This document shows positions 52,461 through 61,273 of a stretch of DNA of 64,000 nucleotides, in pieces. Numbering within the stretch: position 1 is the stretch's first letter; every line of letters starts with the position of its first letter. The translations under genes and the position numbers were made by a program. The notes beneath the pieces are model-generated. The model made no database searches and was not told the DNA's origin. It saw only the letters and a list, made by a program, of their open reading frames with translations. This DNA is from Desulfobacterales bacterium (GTDB taxonomy: Bacteria > Desulfobacterota > Desulfobacteria > Desulfobacterales > UBA5852), in NCBI GenBank assembly GCA_963674755.2, contig CAXXVS010000002.1, positions 2,176,001-2,240,000 on the forward strand, in the 5' to 3' direction.

Positions 52461-53159
52461 TCAGGCGGAAAGCTGGATGTGGGCGGAGATGCGTCGCTCG
52501 ATTCGACGGAAGACGAACAGCACGCCGTAGACCATCACCAGATAAATCAGCGCGGCGGCAATGAACATCTCGTAAAAGGCGAAGCTGCGGGCCGCGATAA
52601 CCCGCGTCACGCCGGTCAGGTCCATGACGGTAATGATCGAGACCAGTGAAGTGGCCTGCAATAGAAAAACCACCTCGTTGGTGTAGGCTGGCCATGCCAG
52701 CCGGAAGGCTTTGGGCAGGATGATCCGGCGGAACATCACGCGGGTGTTCATACCGCAGGCCCTGGCCGCCTCAATCTCGCCCCAGGGAACGGCTTCGATG
52801 GCGCCACGCAGGATTTCAGCAGTATAGGCGGCCGTGTTCAGGGTCAGCGTCAGCACGGCGCAGAAATAGGCCTGTTTGAAAAACGGCCACAGACCGATGG
52901 TTTCGAGGAAATCGACGAACTGACCGCTGCCGTAATAGACAAGAAAGATCTGCACCAGGAGCGGCGTCCCCCGGAAGTAAAAACAGAAGGCATAGCTGGG
53001 GATCGACAGCAAACGGTTGCGGGCCACACGCATCAGGGCCACCGGGACGGCCAGGCACAGGCCGATGACCACCGCCAGGGCCGTGATCTGTACGGTCACC
53101 CAGGTGCCGCTCATCAGCCGCGGCAGACTGTCGACGACGATGTCAGGGATCAGGGGCAT
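52461..53159 (-). CDS. Polar amino-acid ABC permease (HisM-like)
   Basis: RGTPLLVQ, AYTAEILRG, EAARACG. Confidence 0.9.
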   Translation of the reverse strand: MPLIPDIVVDSLPRLMSGTWVTVQITALAVVIGLCLAVPVALMRVARNRLLSIPSYAFCFYFRGTPLLVQIFLVYYGSGQFVDFLETIGLWPFFKQAYFCAVLTLTLNTAAYTAEILRGAIEAVPWGEIEAARACGMNTRVMFRRIILPKAFRLAWPAYTNEVVFLLQATSLVSIITVMDLTGVTRVIAARSFAFYEMFIAAALIYLVMVYGVLFVFRRIERRISAHIQLSA

Positions 53160-53163
53160 GCCA

Positions 53164-53862
53164 TCAGGCCTTTCTGACGCCTTTGCTGGCCCATTTTTCA
53201 AGTTGCCTTTGCCCGACCAGGGAAACGACGGTGATCGCGAGGTAAAAGAGCGAGGCCAGAAAGTAGCAGGTGAAGGGCAAGCGGGTGGCCCGCGCGGCGA
53301 TGTCCGAATTGCGCATCAACTCGGGCAACTGAATGACCGATATCAGGGCGGTGGCCTTGATGAGGACCATCCATACGTTTCCCAGACCCGGCAGGGCGAA
53401 CCGCCACATCTGAGGCAGCAGAATGCGGCGGAAACACAGCACGCGTCCCATGCCCACCGAGCGGGCGGCTTCCACCTGTCCCCTGTCGACCGCCAGGAAA
53501 GCGCCCCGGAAGACTTCGGTCGAAAAAGCACCGTAGATGAAACCGATGGTGCACATGCCGGCGACCAGGGGATTGAGGTCGATGAAGAGTTCCACATCCA
53601 GGGAAGCGGCGATGTCCTGAATCAGAGTGGGGGCGCCATAGTACACCAGCAGGATCAAAACGAGTTCGGGTACGCCGCGCACGATGGTGGTGTAGGTCCC
53701 GGCGGCGGCATTGGCCAGGGGCGAGCGTGCCAGCTTGCCCCAGGCCCCCACCAGTCCGAGCAGAATCGCAATCCCCAAGGAACAAACGCCCACCAGCACC
53801 GTCAGCTTGGCGCCGTCCACAAGCAGCGATCCGTATCCCTGCAGGTTCAGAAAATCAGGCAT
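53164..53862 (-). CDS. Polar amino-acid ABC permease (HisQ-like)
   Basis: RGVPELV, EVFRGAF, LPGLGNVW..KATA. Confidence 0.9.
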   Translation of the reverse strand: MPDFLNLQGYGSLLVDGAKLTVLVGVCSLGIAILLGLVGAWGKLARSPLANAAAGTYTTIVRGVPELVLILLVYYGAPTLIQDIAASLDVELFIDLNPLVAGMCTIGFIYGAFSTEVFRGAFLAVDRGQVEAARSVGMGRVLCFRRILLPQMWRFALPGLGNVWMVLIKATALISVIQLPELMRNSDIAARATRLPFTCYFLASLFYLAITVVSLVGQRQLEKWASKGVRKA

Positions 53863-53894
53863 GGAACTCCTGTTTCAGTCAGTGCTTCCCGGCG

Positions 53895-54680
53895 TTAGTC
53901 GCCGTAAAGATCGAAATCGAAGTACTTGGCGTTGATCTTCTGGTATTCGCCGTTTTTACGGATTTCCTTGATGGCTTTGTTGAACATCGCTTTCAGGTCG
54001 CCGTCCCCTTTGCGCACGGCGATGCCGATCCCCTCGCCGAACCATTTCTCGGCCGTAAAGGACGGTCCGATGAAGGCATAACCCTGGCCTGCCTCGGTAT
54101 CCAGAAATCCGCCCTGCAACACGGTCGCATCCGCGATGACCAGATCGACCCGGCCGGCGGTGAGGTCCATGTTGGCTTCGTCCTGGGTGGCATAGGATTT
54201 GATCTGGACGCTGTCGCCGAAATTGTCGCGGACAAAGTTTTCGTGAATGGTCGCGCGCTGGACGCCCACCACCTTGCCCTTCAGCCCCTCTTTGCTGACA
54301 TCGATGTCGGCGCCCTTTTTCGCCACGAAACGGGCCGGCGAGACATAGTATTTATCGGTGAAATCGACTTTTTGCTTGCGCTCTTCGGTTATGGACATGG
54401 AGGCCACGATGGCATCGTACTTTTTGGCCATCAGGCCGGGAATCAGTCCGTCCCAGTCCTGAATCACCATCGTGCACTCGACGCCCATCTGCTTGCACAG
54501 CGCCTTGGTGATATCCACATCGAAGCCCTGCAGCTCACCGTTGCTGTCCACCAAATTGAACGGAGGGTAGGCACCTTCGGTAGCGATCCGTATGGTTTTC
54601 CAATCCCCCGCGGGGGCCGGCGAAACCAGCATCATCGTAATGGCAAAGGCGGCCAGTAACGCGCTCAGTCGTATTCTCAT
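53895..54680 (-). CDS. Lys/Arg/Orn/His-type ABC substrate-binding protein
   Basis: Signal peptide, EGAYPPF, WDGLIP, SMSITEER. Confidence 0.9.
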   Translation of the reverse strand: MRIRLSALLAAFAITMMLVSPAPAGDWKTIRIATEGAYPPFNLVDSNGELQGFDVDITKALCKQMGVECTMVIQDWDGLIPGLMAKKYDAIVASMSITEERKQKVDFTDKYYVSPARFVAKKGADIDVSKEGLKGKVVGVQRATIHENFVRDNFGDSVQIKSYATQDEANMDLTAGRVDLVIADATVLQGGFLDTEAGQGYAFIGPSFTAEKWFGEGIGIAVRKGDGDLKAMFNKAIKEIRKNGEYQKINAKYFDFDLYGD

Positions 54681-54700
54681 CTTTTCTCCTCCTGCTCGTT

Positions 54701-55525
54701 TTAGGTGGTGGGAACATCGTCGGTCCGATCCTGCCACAGGAAACGGGACAGGAACTGACGACAGCGAATCGAATCGGGGGCGTTGAAAACTTTTTCCGGG
54801 GGGCCCTGCTCTTCCACACGGCCTTCGTCCAGAAAGATGACCTGGCTGGAAACGTCACGGCAGAAGTCCATTTCATGGGTCGCGACGAGCATGGTGCGCC
54901 CCTCTTCGGCCAGCTGCCGCATGACCGCCAGCACATCGCCGACCAGTTCGGGATCCAAGGCGGATGTGGGCTCGTCAAGCAGCATGACGGTCGGCTCCAT
55001 GGCCAGGGCACGCGCGATGGCGGCCCGCTGCTGCTGACCGCCGGAAATCTGCGCCGGATAGCTTTTCGCCTTATCCGCGATGCCGACCTTTTCCAACAGC
55101 GCCATGGCCGTTTCTTTGGCCTCTTTTTTAGGCTTACCGAGAACGTGGACCGGCGCCTCGATGACGTTTTCCATAACGGTCATGTGGGTCCACAGGTTGA
55201 ACTGCTGGAACACCATGCCCAGCTTCGTCCGGATGCGATCCACCTGTTTACTGGATTTTGGAATGGTGTCGCCCTTGCGGTTGGCGGTCATCTCGATGAG
55301 TTCGCCGTTGACCCAGACGTGGCCGGAGTTGGGAATCTCCAGGAGGTTGATACAGCGCAGCAGGGTGCTCTTGCCGGATCCGGAGGAACCGATGAGGGAA
55401 ATGACATCCCCCTGGTTGGCCGTGAGGGAAATGCCTTTGAGAACCTCTAACGCGTCGAAACTTTTGTGCAGATCCTCGACCTTCAGCGCCGGCGGTTGTT
55501 GGCTTGCAGTCGTGTCCTTGTGCAT
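54701..55525 (-). CDS. Polar amino-acid ABC ATPase (HisP-like)
   Basis: GSSGSGKST, ISGGQQQR, DEPTSALDPELVG. Confidence 0.92.
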   Translation of the reverse strand: MHKDTTASQQPPALKVEDLHKSFDALEVLKGISLTANQGDVISLIGSSGSGKSTLLRCINLLEIPNSGHVWVNGELIEMTANRKGDTIPKSSKQVDRIRTKLGMVFQQFNLWTHMTVMENVIEAPVHVLGKPKKEAKETAMALLEKVGIADKAKSYPAQISGGQQQRAAIARALAMEPTVMLLDEPTSALDPELVGDVLAVMRQLAEEGRTMLVATHEMDFCRDVSSQVIFLDEGRVEEQGPPEKVFNAPDSIRCRQFLSRFLWQDRTDDVPTT

Positions 55526-55570
55526 GACCCCCCATTTTGGCCGTAATGGAATGAATCGCCAATCAGCTTG

Positions 55571-55728
55571 GGGCTCGCGCAACAATAAATTCGCAGATGG
55601 TCAGTGCTCAAGCGCTCGCTCAGCAAGGCGTGAAAATTAAGGAATATCATGTCTATTCCGAATTTTCGCAACGCTCCTGAGTGAGATAATTGGGCTCTGA
55701 GAATGTGAAGTTATTTTTGCGCGCGCCC
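55571..55728. repeat. Structured inverted-repeat element, copy D
   Basis: Imperfect TIR GGGCTCGCGCAACAATAAATTCGCA/TGTGAAGTTATTTTTGCGCGCGCCC; core CAAGGCG...AGGAATA-N7-TATTCCGA...GCAACGC. Confidence 0.75.
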
Positions 55729-55731
55729 TTA

Positions 55732-55893
55732 ATGGTCCTGTTCGTAAATACGGTGACGTAATGAAGTCGTCAAGTCGCCTGGCGGACAAGGCGCGCAAAC
55801 TAAGGCCTATTCGGAATAGGCTGTGTTTGCGCAACACCGTACGACAGGATGAATTGGCGGCTGAATGCCAGCGTATTTGTGAATAGGGCCACT
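55732..55893. repeat. Structured inverted-repeat element, copy E (tandem with D)
   Basis: Imperfect TIR TGGTCCTGTTCGTAAATACG/CGTATTTGTGAATAGGGCCA; core CAAGGCGCGC...AGGCCTA-N7-TAGGC...GCAACAC. Confidence 0.75.
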
Positions 55894-56108
55894 TAGTCCG
55901 TTCAAAGCCCATTGACCGTTGCCGTGCGACTGTAGCGTTGTAAGGTTCAAAATGCAATCTCAAATTCCCCCGCCGTCGCGGCCTCGCCAAACCCCCGAAA
56001 CCGTAGAAGGTGGGACGCCGGCCCCCTGGCCCAACGGTTCAGGCGCCGAATTCCCGCGATCCGAACCGCAGGCGTTGGCAGTGCCATCTCCAAAGCGATT
56101 TGGATTTT

Positions 56109-57029
56109 TCAGCGTTCGGGGAGGGCGGAGGGGGACAGGGATTTGTACCAGATGTTCATGCTCTGCACCCGACCGGAAATGTTGGTGTTGTTGACCAGGG
56201 TTCCGCCGAACGTGTAGCCGGCCCGGGCGAACAGGATGTTGATGCCGTAGGACACGGCGCGGGCAATGGTGAAGGCCGTTTTCACACCGTCCTGCCAGGC
56301 GTTGGCCTCCATGGCGGCCAGCAGGTGAGCGCCGAAGCTGGCGCGCCGATGTGCGGGGTCTGTTGCAAAATCGGTCATCTCCACCCCGCTCCCGGTTCGT
56401 TCGGCCGATGCCAAGGCGATCAGGGTTGCCTCGTAAAGGATGCCGACATAGCTGAAATTCTCATCCATGGAGCGGCGGATGTAAGCCGGATCGAAAATCG
56501 GGAAGGGATAGCTGTCGAACACCCGGCGGTACAGGGCGGCCATCTGGGGGGCGCGATCCGCGTGCATGACGGCCAGGTCGCAGCCGGCCGGCAACGGACG
56601 GCGAATGCCGGCCCCGGCCTTCCGCGAGGCGACCGCCAGCACCTTTTGGATGCGCTCGGCATCGCTCGGCCGGCGCCGACTTTCACATTGGAAGCGGGCC
56701 ACGAAAAGGGCCGCGTCCCCCCCGGCGTAAAAATCGGGAATCCGGGCTTCGATTTCGAATCCAGCATCCAGGAATACAGGGGCACTTTGGGAGGGAATTT
56801 TGGCGAAGAGCTTGGTGTAGCCCTCGGCCTGCGCCATTTTCCGCATCTCGGCGATGACCGTCTCAGCCTCGCCGGGGGCCAGTTGCATGAGGTAGACCCT
56901 GTCGGACAAAAGACCGTACTGAATCCGGGACTGGCCAATGGTTTTGATGCTGTCTGGGGTCACGGTACACCCATTGGAGGAACGTTGTTGCCCGACAAAA
57001 CCGGGTAGGTCCAAGGGGTCATTAAACAA
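56109..57029 (-). CDS. ablB: Putative beta-lysine N-acetyltransferase (AblB-like GNAT)
   Basis: DRVYLM, GYTKLFAK, FDSYPFPIFDP, EMTDFAT, FTIARA.SYGIN, NNTNISG..SMNIWYK; true start may be GTG 56963. Confidence 0.85.
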   Translation of the reverse strand: MFNDPLDLPGFVGQQRSSNGCTVTPDSIKTIGQSRIQYGLLSDRVYLMQLAPGEAETVIAEMRKMAQAEGYTKLFAKIPSQSAPVFLDAGFEIEARIPDFYAGGDAALFVARFQCESRRRPSDAERIQKVLAVASRKAGAGIRRPLPAGCDLAVMHADRAPQMAALYRRVFDSYPFPIFDPAYIRRSMDENFSYVGILYEATLIALASAERTGSGVEMTDFATDPAHRRASFGAHLLAAMEANAWQDGVKTAFTIARAVSYGINILFARAGYTFGGTLVNNTNISGRVQSMNIWYKSLSPSALPER

Positions 57030-57363
57030 GGTTGAAACGGGGTGTCCATCTTTTTAATGCCAATCACGACAGTTAAAATTGTCCTCAGGGGATTAGATAC
57101 GCCCTTTCCGGTACATTGCGATGGCTCCCATACCACGGACAGCCCGCAATGTTAAGGACCTGGAGATTGCTTAGCTTTAAAATATCGTCCCTTGTGCCGG
57201 CGCCTGCTTTAGCATTTCATCCAAAGTTCAGTGCCAAACATGCCCCTACATGCCCCATGCCCTTTCCAAGTTGGAAAAATAACTGACACCAAAAACGACA
57301 GCGCTTTTGCGCCGCAAACCCAAATCATCTATAAAATCATATCCATATGGACGTCTTGATCTC

Positions 57364-57379
57364 CGGCATATTTATTGCT
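57364..57379 (+). promoter_or_regulatory. Sigma54 -24/-12 promoter upstream of the PilZ gene
   Basis: CGGCATATTTATTGCT (GG-N10-GC). Confidence 0.55.
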
Positions 57380-57557
57380 GAACAAATGGCGAAAAAGACC
57401 ACAAATCTCCGAAGCCACGAAGATCTAAAACAGGTCTGATCACGCCCGATTCATGCTGTCGTTTCCTTTATGCCGCACGCTCTTGCATTGCTTTCCACAA
57501 GGGATGTGCGCCCCCTCTCATCTGAGCAATAACCCGTTGACGCCAAAGGGGATCGCC

Positions 57558-57902
57558 ATGAATGCCATGCCAGCGAATATCCATCATGATTCGAGAACCG
57601 ATGAACGGTTTGCCACCGAGGTGGAAATTATCTGCCAGCCCTATGGCAGCACCCGAACGATGCGTTCGGTCCAAGGGGTTATTCGTAATTTTTCAAGAGG
57701 GGGATTGTACATCGAAATCGATCATGCCTTCAAAGCCGGTACGATTTTGATGGTGCGCATGGTTGGCTGCCCATCGTCGCCCTCAACGACCGGATGCCGT
57801 GATAAACCGCGGTCCAACTGTCTGGGGGAAATCAAATGGCGGCAGGATCTGGGCTCTGAGGAAGCGCCGCACTACGGGATGGGATTGCGCTATCTCGACT
57901 AA
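57558..57902 (+). CDS. PilZ-domain protein
   Basis: RxxxR (RTDER), NxSxxG (NFSRGG), C-terminal GMGLRY. Confidence 0.8.
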   Translation: MNAMPANIHHDSRTDERFATEVEIICQPYGSTRTMRSVQGVIRNFSRGGLYIEIDHAFKAGTILMVRMVGCPSSPSTTGCRDKPRSNCLGEIKWRQDLGSEEAPHYGMGLRYLD

Positions 57903-58113
57903 GTCATTCATTCAGGTGGACAAAAGCGGTTGGGATGTATGACCAAGCCAAGTCCCTTCGCATATTGGCGGATACACCGGAAGTGACCTTCGTTCCACGC
58001 GGCATGGGCTCGGGGGCAGGGACAATTTCCGCGAAGGCCTGAGGATTGAGGGATATCTGTACGGCGTACCGGAAATTGAAGATTTCCGATTTGAAGAATA
58101 CCCTTGGGTTCTC

Positions 58114-58701
58114 TCACAATCGCGCATCCCTCACCATAAACCGATTTGGAATTTGGAGAATGACTTTTTCGAGAATAAAGTTAAATCCGAATTTTTCATA
58201 AAAGCGCACGTTTTCATCCAGATCCGTTTCCAAAAAAGCCTTTGCCGCGCAACGATCCACTTCCTTGCAAAAACGCTCCATCAGTTTGGATCCAATGCCC
58301 TTCCCCCGGTAGGCGGGCAGAACGCCGATCGGGCCAAGATGCCAATGCTGTTCTTGCGGGTCCTGGTTTGACCACTCCCGGTGCCAGATGGCTTTCCGGG
58401 AGCTGATGTCATTCCCGTCCTTCGGCTTTTGCGCTTCATCCGTGGTTTTCCCACCAACACATGACTTCATCCGCATAACACCAATGATGTTGTCATTCGC
58501 TTTCGCAAGGAATACGATACCGGGCACTGTGCTGAAAAGATCCAAAAACATCTTCTCGATTTCCAGGCGCTCATCCTCGCCATTGCCCTGGAAAACGGCC
58601 ATATGCATGGGATTGTTCAGCATGGCGATGCTGAGGACCTTTGCTGATTCCGGAATGTCGCCAAGTTCCATAAAAGAAATATTGAAGTTGCCCACCTTCA
58701 T
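58114..58701 (-). CDS. GNAT-family N-acetyltransferase
   Basis: HWHLGPIGVLPAYRGKGIG, LET, NVRFYEKFGF. Confidence 0.88.
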   Translation of the reverse strand: MKVGNFNISFMELGDIPESAKVLSIAMLNNPMHMAVFQGNGEDERLEIEKMFLDLFSTVPGIVFLAKANDNIIGVMRMKSCVGGKTTDEAQKPKDGNDISSRKAIWHREWSNQDPQEQHWHLGPIGVLPAYRGKGIGSKLMERFCKEVDRCAAKAFLETDLDENVRFYEKFGFNFILEKVILQIPNRFMVRDARL

Positions 58702-58885
58702 TCCTTTCCCGCCAGGAAGGTTTTAAGAACAGGCATATCAATGCCGCCCTAATCCCGTAGTTCGTCTCCGCCGCTTTGACCGAGAGCCGGCATCCCTGCT
58801 TCACGAAGCGCCTGTGCCTGGTTTTCAGTCTCAGGCCGGGTACCGTTCCCGTCAAAGGGTATGCCAAGAAAACCGATTTTCATTA

Positions 58886-59362
58886 CTATTTCTTACAGGT
58901 GATGTTGCCGCTTTCAGGCGAAGAGACCGATTCTGGAGCGGTAGCTGGTTGGCGCAGCGCATATTTTCTGTAACTCGATAGCCTTTCTGATAACGTTCCT
59001 GTATGCAACTCAAATAAATGGTTGTCAAAATCGTAAAAATAGACAGAACGACCTTCTCCCGCAATGCGACTTCGGTCTTCAACGATATCCAATCCAAATT
59101 CTCGGATCTTTTCGATATATTCCCTTAAATCAGATTCTGAAACCTTGAAGGCCACATGGTTATAGGATCTCTCTGAAGTAGGGTCACCTTCGATAATCGC
59201 AACCCATGTTCCGCCAATTAAGAGAAATTTTTCGTATGCTACGGAAAAATTCTTTTGGGCGCTATCATATACTTCTTGAGCGCCGAAAATCGAGCAGTAC
59301 AAATTGGCGCTTCGCCCGACATCCTTCACAATGAAAGTTATATGGCTTATTGACCCTATCAT
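58886..59362 (-). CDS. fosX: FosX-family fosfomycin resistance hydrolase (VOC fold)
   Basis: ISHITFIVKD, EKF, YNHVAF, GEGRSVYFYDFDNHLFELHTGTL match the FosX pattern. Confidence 0.85.
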   Translation of the reverse strand: MIGSISHITFIVKDVGRSANLYCSIFGAQEVYDSAQKNFSVAYEKFLLIGGTWVAIIEGDPTSERSYNHVAFKVSESDLREYIEKIREFGLDIVEDRSRIAGEGRSVYFYDFDNHLFELHTGTLSERLSSYRKYALRQPATAPESVSSPESGNITCKK

Positions 59363-59368
59363 TGTACG

Positions 59369-59430
59369 GTTTAACGCCGGGCATCAGCGGGCGCCCGCGT
59401 TTTGCGCTCCCCTGGATGCCCTTGCTCGGC
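59369..59430 (-). other. attC-like integron cassette recombination site
   Basis: 62-bp imperfect palindrome GCCGAGC...GGGCATCCAG...CTGATGCCC...GTTAAAC ending 6 bp before the fosX ATG. Confidence 0.6.
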
Positions 59431-59751
59431 GCAGTCAGAGATATGAAATGAATAAAAAAGGTTTAGGAATGAAAAACTGCCCCTCTCTGTTTTTCCATCT
59501 CAGCACTGACGAACGCACCACCACTGTTTTTTGAGCCAGACGTATCCACCCTCCGCGATTTCTTTGCAGCAAAAGCTACATTGCATGGACGTCTCCTAAG
59601 CCTGGCTATCGATTAACAGGAATTTTTTCCGAACAAATGAACCATTTAGCATCCAAGTCTCACTAATGCAGCAAGAGACCAAGGGCAAGGAGCAAGGAAC
59701 GGAAATGTTTAATAGCTTTTTCGCTAACGGTTTGCATAGGGAGGACACGTA

Positions 59752-60624
59752 ATGAAAAGATCAATGATTTTAGCATGTGCTTTGGCTGTCGGGCTAATGT
59801 TATCCGTGAATTTGAACACCAGCATAGCATCTTCCGATTCAATCATTCCAACCAAACGGAAGGCTGCTTCAATGCCCGCGCAACGCGTTGCCCCTGTGGG
59901 TAAAACATCAACATCAACCCTTAAGGCGGTTATCATTAAAGCTGCGATAACAGATTTGCAAATCGGCACCGGTCCAACCGGGGGATGGTTCTGGCAGGCA
60001 ACGGTTAAAAATACCGGTAATACATCGATCAACGGCAGAGATTTTACGGTGCAGGGCTTGAAAAAATCATTTCCAGCGCCGCAAAACAACTGGACGCCTG
60101 CATCCGGATCGATCATCAGCACAACCGTTATTGCACCCAACCAATCGGTGGTCGTTAAACGAAATTGGACCCGTTGCTGTCAAACTGATCAACTCAAGGT
60201 CGACTTGCGAAGAGCGTCCAATAATACGGTCATGGACACCAAGCTGCTGACCAACCTGCTAAAGAACCCCGCCCAGAATATTCCCGTAGACGTTCGGGTG
60301 AAAAGAATTGATTGGGACAGCAACACCAAAAAGTGGCGGGCCACCTTAAAAAATCTTTCTCCGTACACGGTGAAGATTACCGTCCAGGGTGTCCTTTGGC
60401 CCCAAGGCGCCACCAGTCCATTGCCGGCAGGCGGCCATATGATTACCGTGGGAGCGAACGCCGAAGCCACCACCATGTGGTTGTCCGGCGGCACCAATGC
60501 GCAGAATGGGGATATGCTTCAAGTCCATAAAAAGTTCATCATGGGATCATGCAATGAAAGCAATGAGGATTGCGGTTATAAAGGTTCCAACAATATCACG
60601 ATCCCCAACAGTCGAAGCTTTTAG
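59752..60624 (+). CDS. Secreted hypothetical protein, probably two beta-sandwich domains
   Basis: GGAGG RBS, signal peptide, two W.AT(V/L)KN repeats. Confidence 0.7.
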   Translation: MKRSMILACALAVGLMLSVNLNTSIASSDSIIPTKRKAASMPAQRVAPVGKTSTSTLKAVIIKAAITDLQIGTGPTGGWFWQATVKNTGNTSINGRDFTVQGLKKSFPAPQNNWTPASGSIISTTVIAPNQSVVVKRNWTRCCQTDQLKVDLRRASNNTVMDTKLLTNLLKNPAQNIPVDVRVKRIDWDSNTKKWRATLKNLSPYTVKITVQGVLWPQGATSPLPAGGHMITVGANAEATTMWLSGGTNAQNGDMLQVHKKFIMGSCNESNEDCGYKGSNNITIPNSRSF

Positions 60625-60649
60625 CCATAGGGATGGTCGCGGCAGCCTG

Positions 60650-60686
60650 CGCCAGATACCTCCGGCTTTGCCGGAGGTATCTGGCG
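60650..60686. repeat. Perfect 17-bp hairpin
   Basis: CGCCAGATACCTCCGGC-TTT-GCCGGAGGTATCTGGCG with no U-tract. Confidence 0.8.
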
Positions 60687-60827
60687 AATAGTCCTGCCAA
60701 AGATGGAATAAACCCCTTCCTTGCAATCTTGAATGAATACCATTTTCAAAGCTTATCGGATTCATCTGCGGTCTGTTTTAGTCGATTAAATTTGAAGTTT
60801 ATAAGTTCAGGGCGTCCCGTTGATGGC

Positions 60828-61167
60828 CCTGGTTTGACCACTCCCTGTGCCAGATGGCTTTCCGGGAGCTGATATCGTTCCCATCCTCCGGTTTTGGCGC
60901 GTCATCCGTGGGTTTTCCACCGACGCATGATTTCATCCGCATGACGCCAACGATTTTACTCCCCTCCTTTGCCAGGAAAACGATGCCGGGAAGTGTGGTG
61001 AAGAGGCCCAAAAACATCTTTTCGATTTCCAATCGTTCTTTTTCACCGTTGCCCTGCAACACGGCCATATGCATGGGATTGTTCAGCATGGCAATGCTGA
61101 GCACATTTACCGATTTCTGAATGTCGCCAATTTCCATAAGAGAAATATTAATGTTGCCCACATTCAT
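60828..61167 (-). pseudogene. 3'-truncated paralogue of the GNAT at 58114-58701
   Basis: Near-identical protein up to WHREWSNQ, then homology stops; acetyl-CoA motif is missing. Confidence 0.85.
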
Positions 61168-61273
61168 TCCTTTCGGGGTAGAAAGCTTTTCGAAAAGGCA
61201 TGGGTGAATTATTTTTAGGGTTTTTAAAGTTTATAAGTCCAGGACGTCACCAAACTGCTACTGATTGAAAGCT

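Noticed and set aside
57060..57240. Possible lysine or c-di-AMP riboswitch upstream of ablB (hairpin ACATTGCG...CGCAATGT)
   Set aside because: One good hairpin, but the conserved riboswitch motifs cannot be placed in order; needs an Rfam scan
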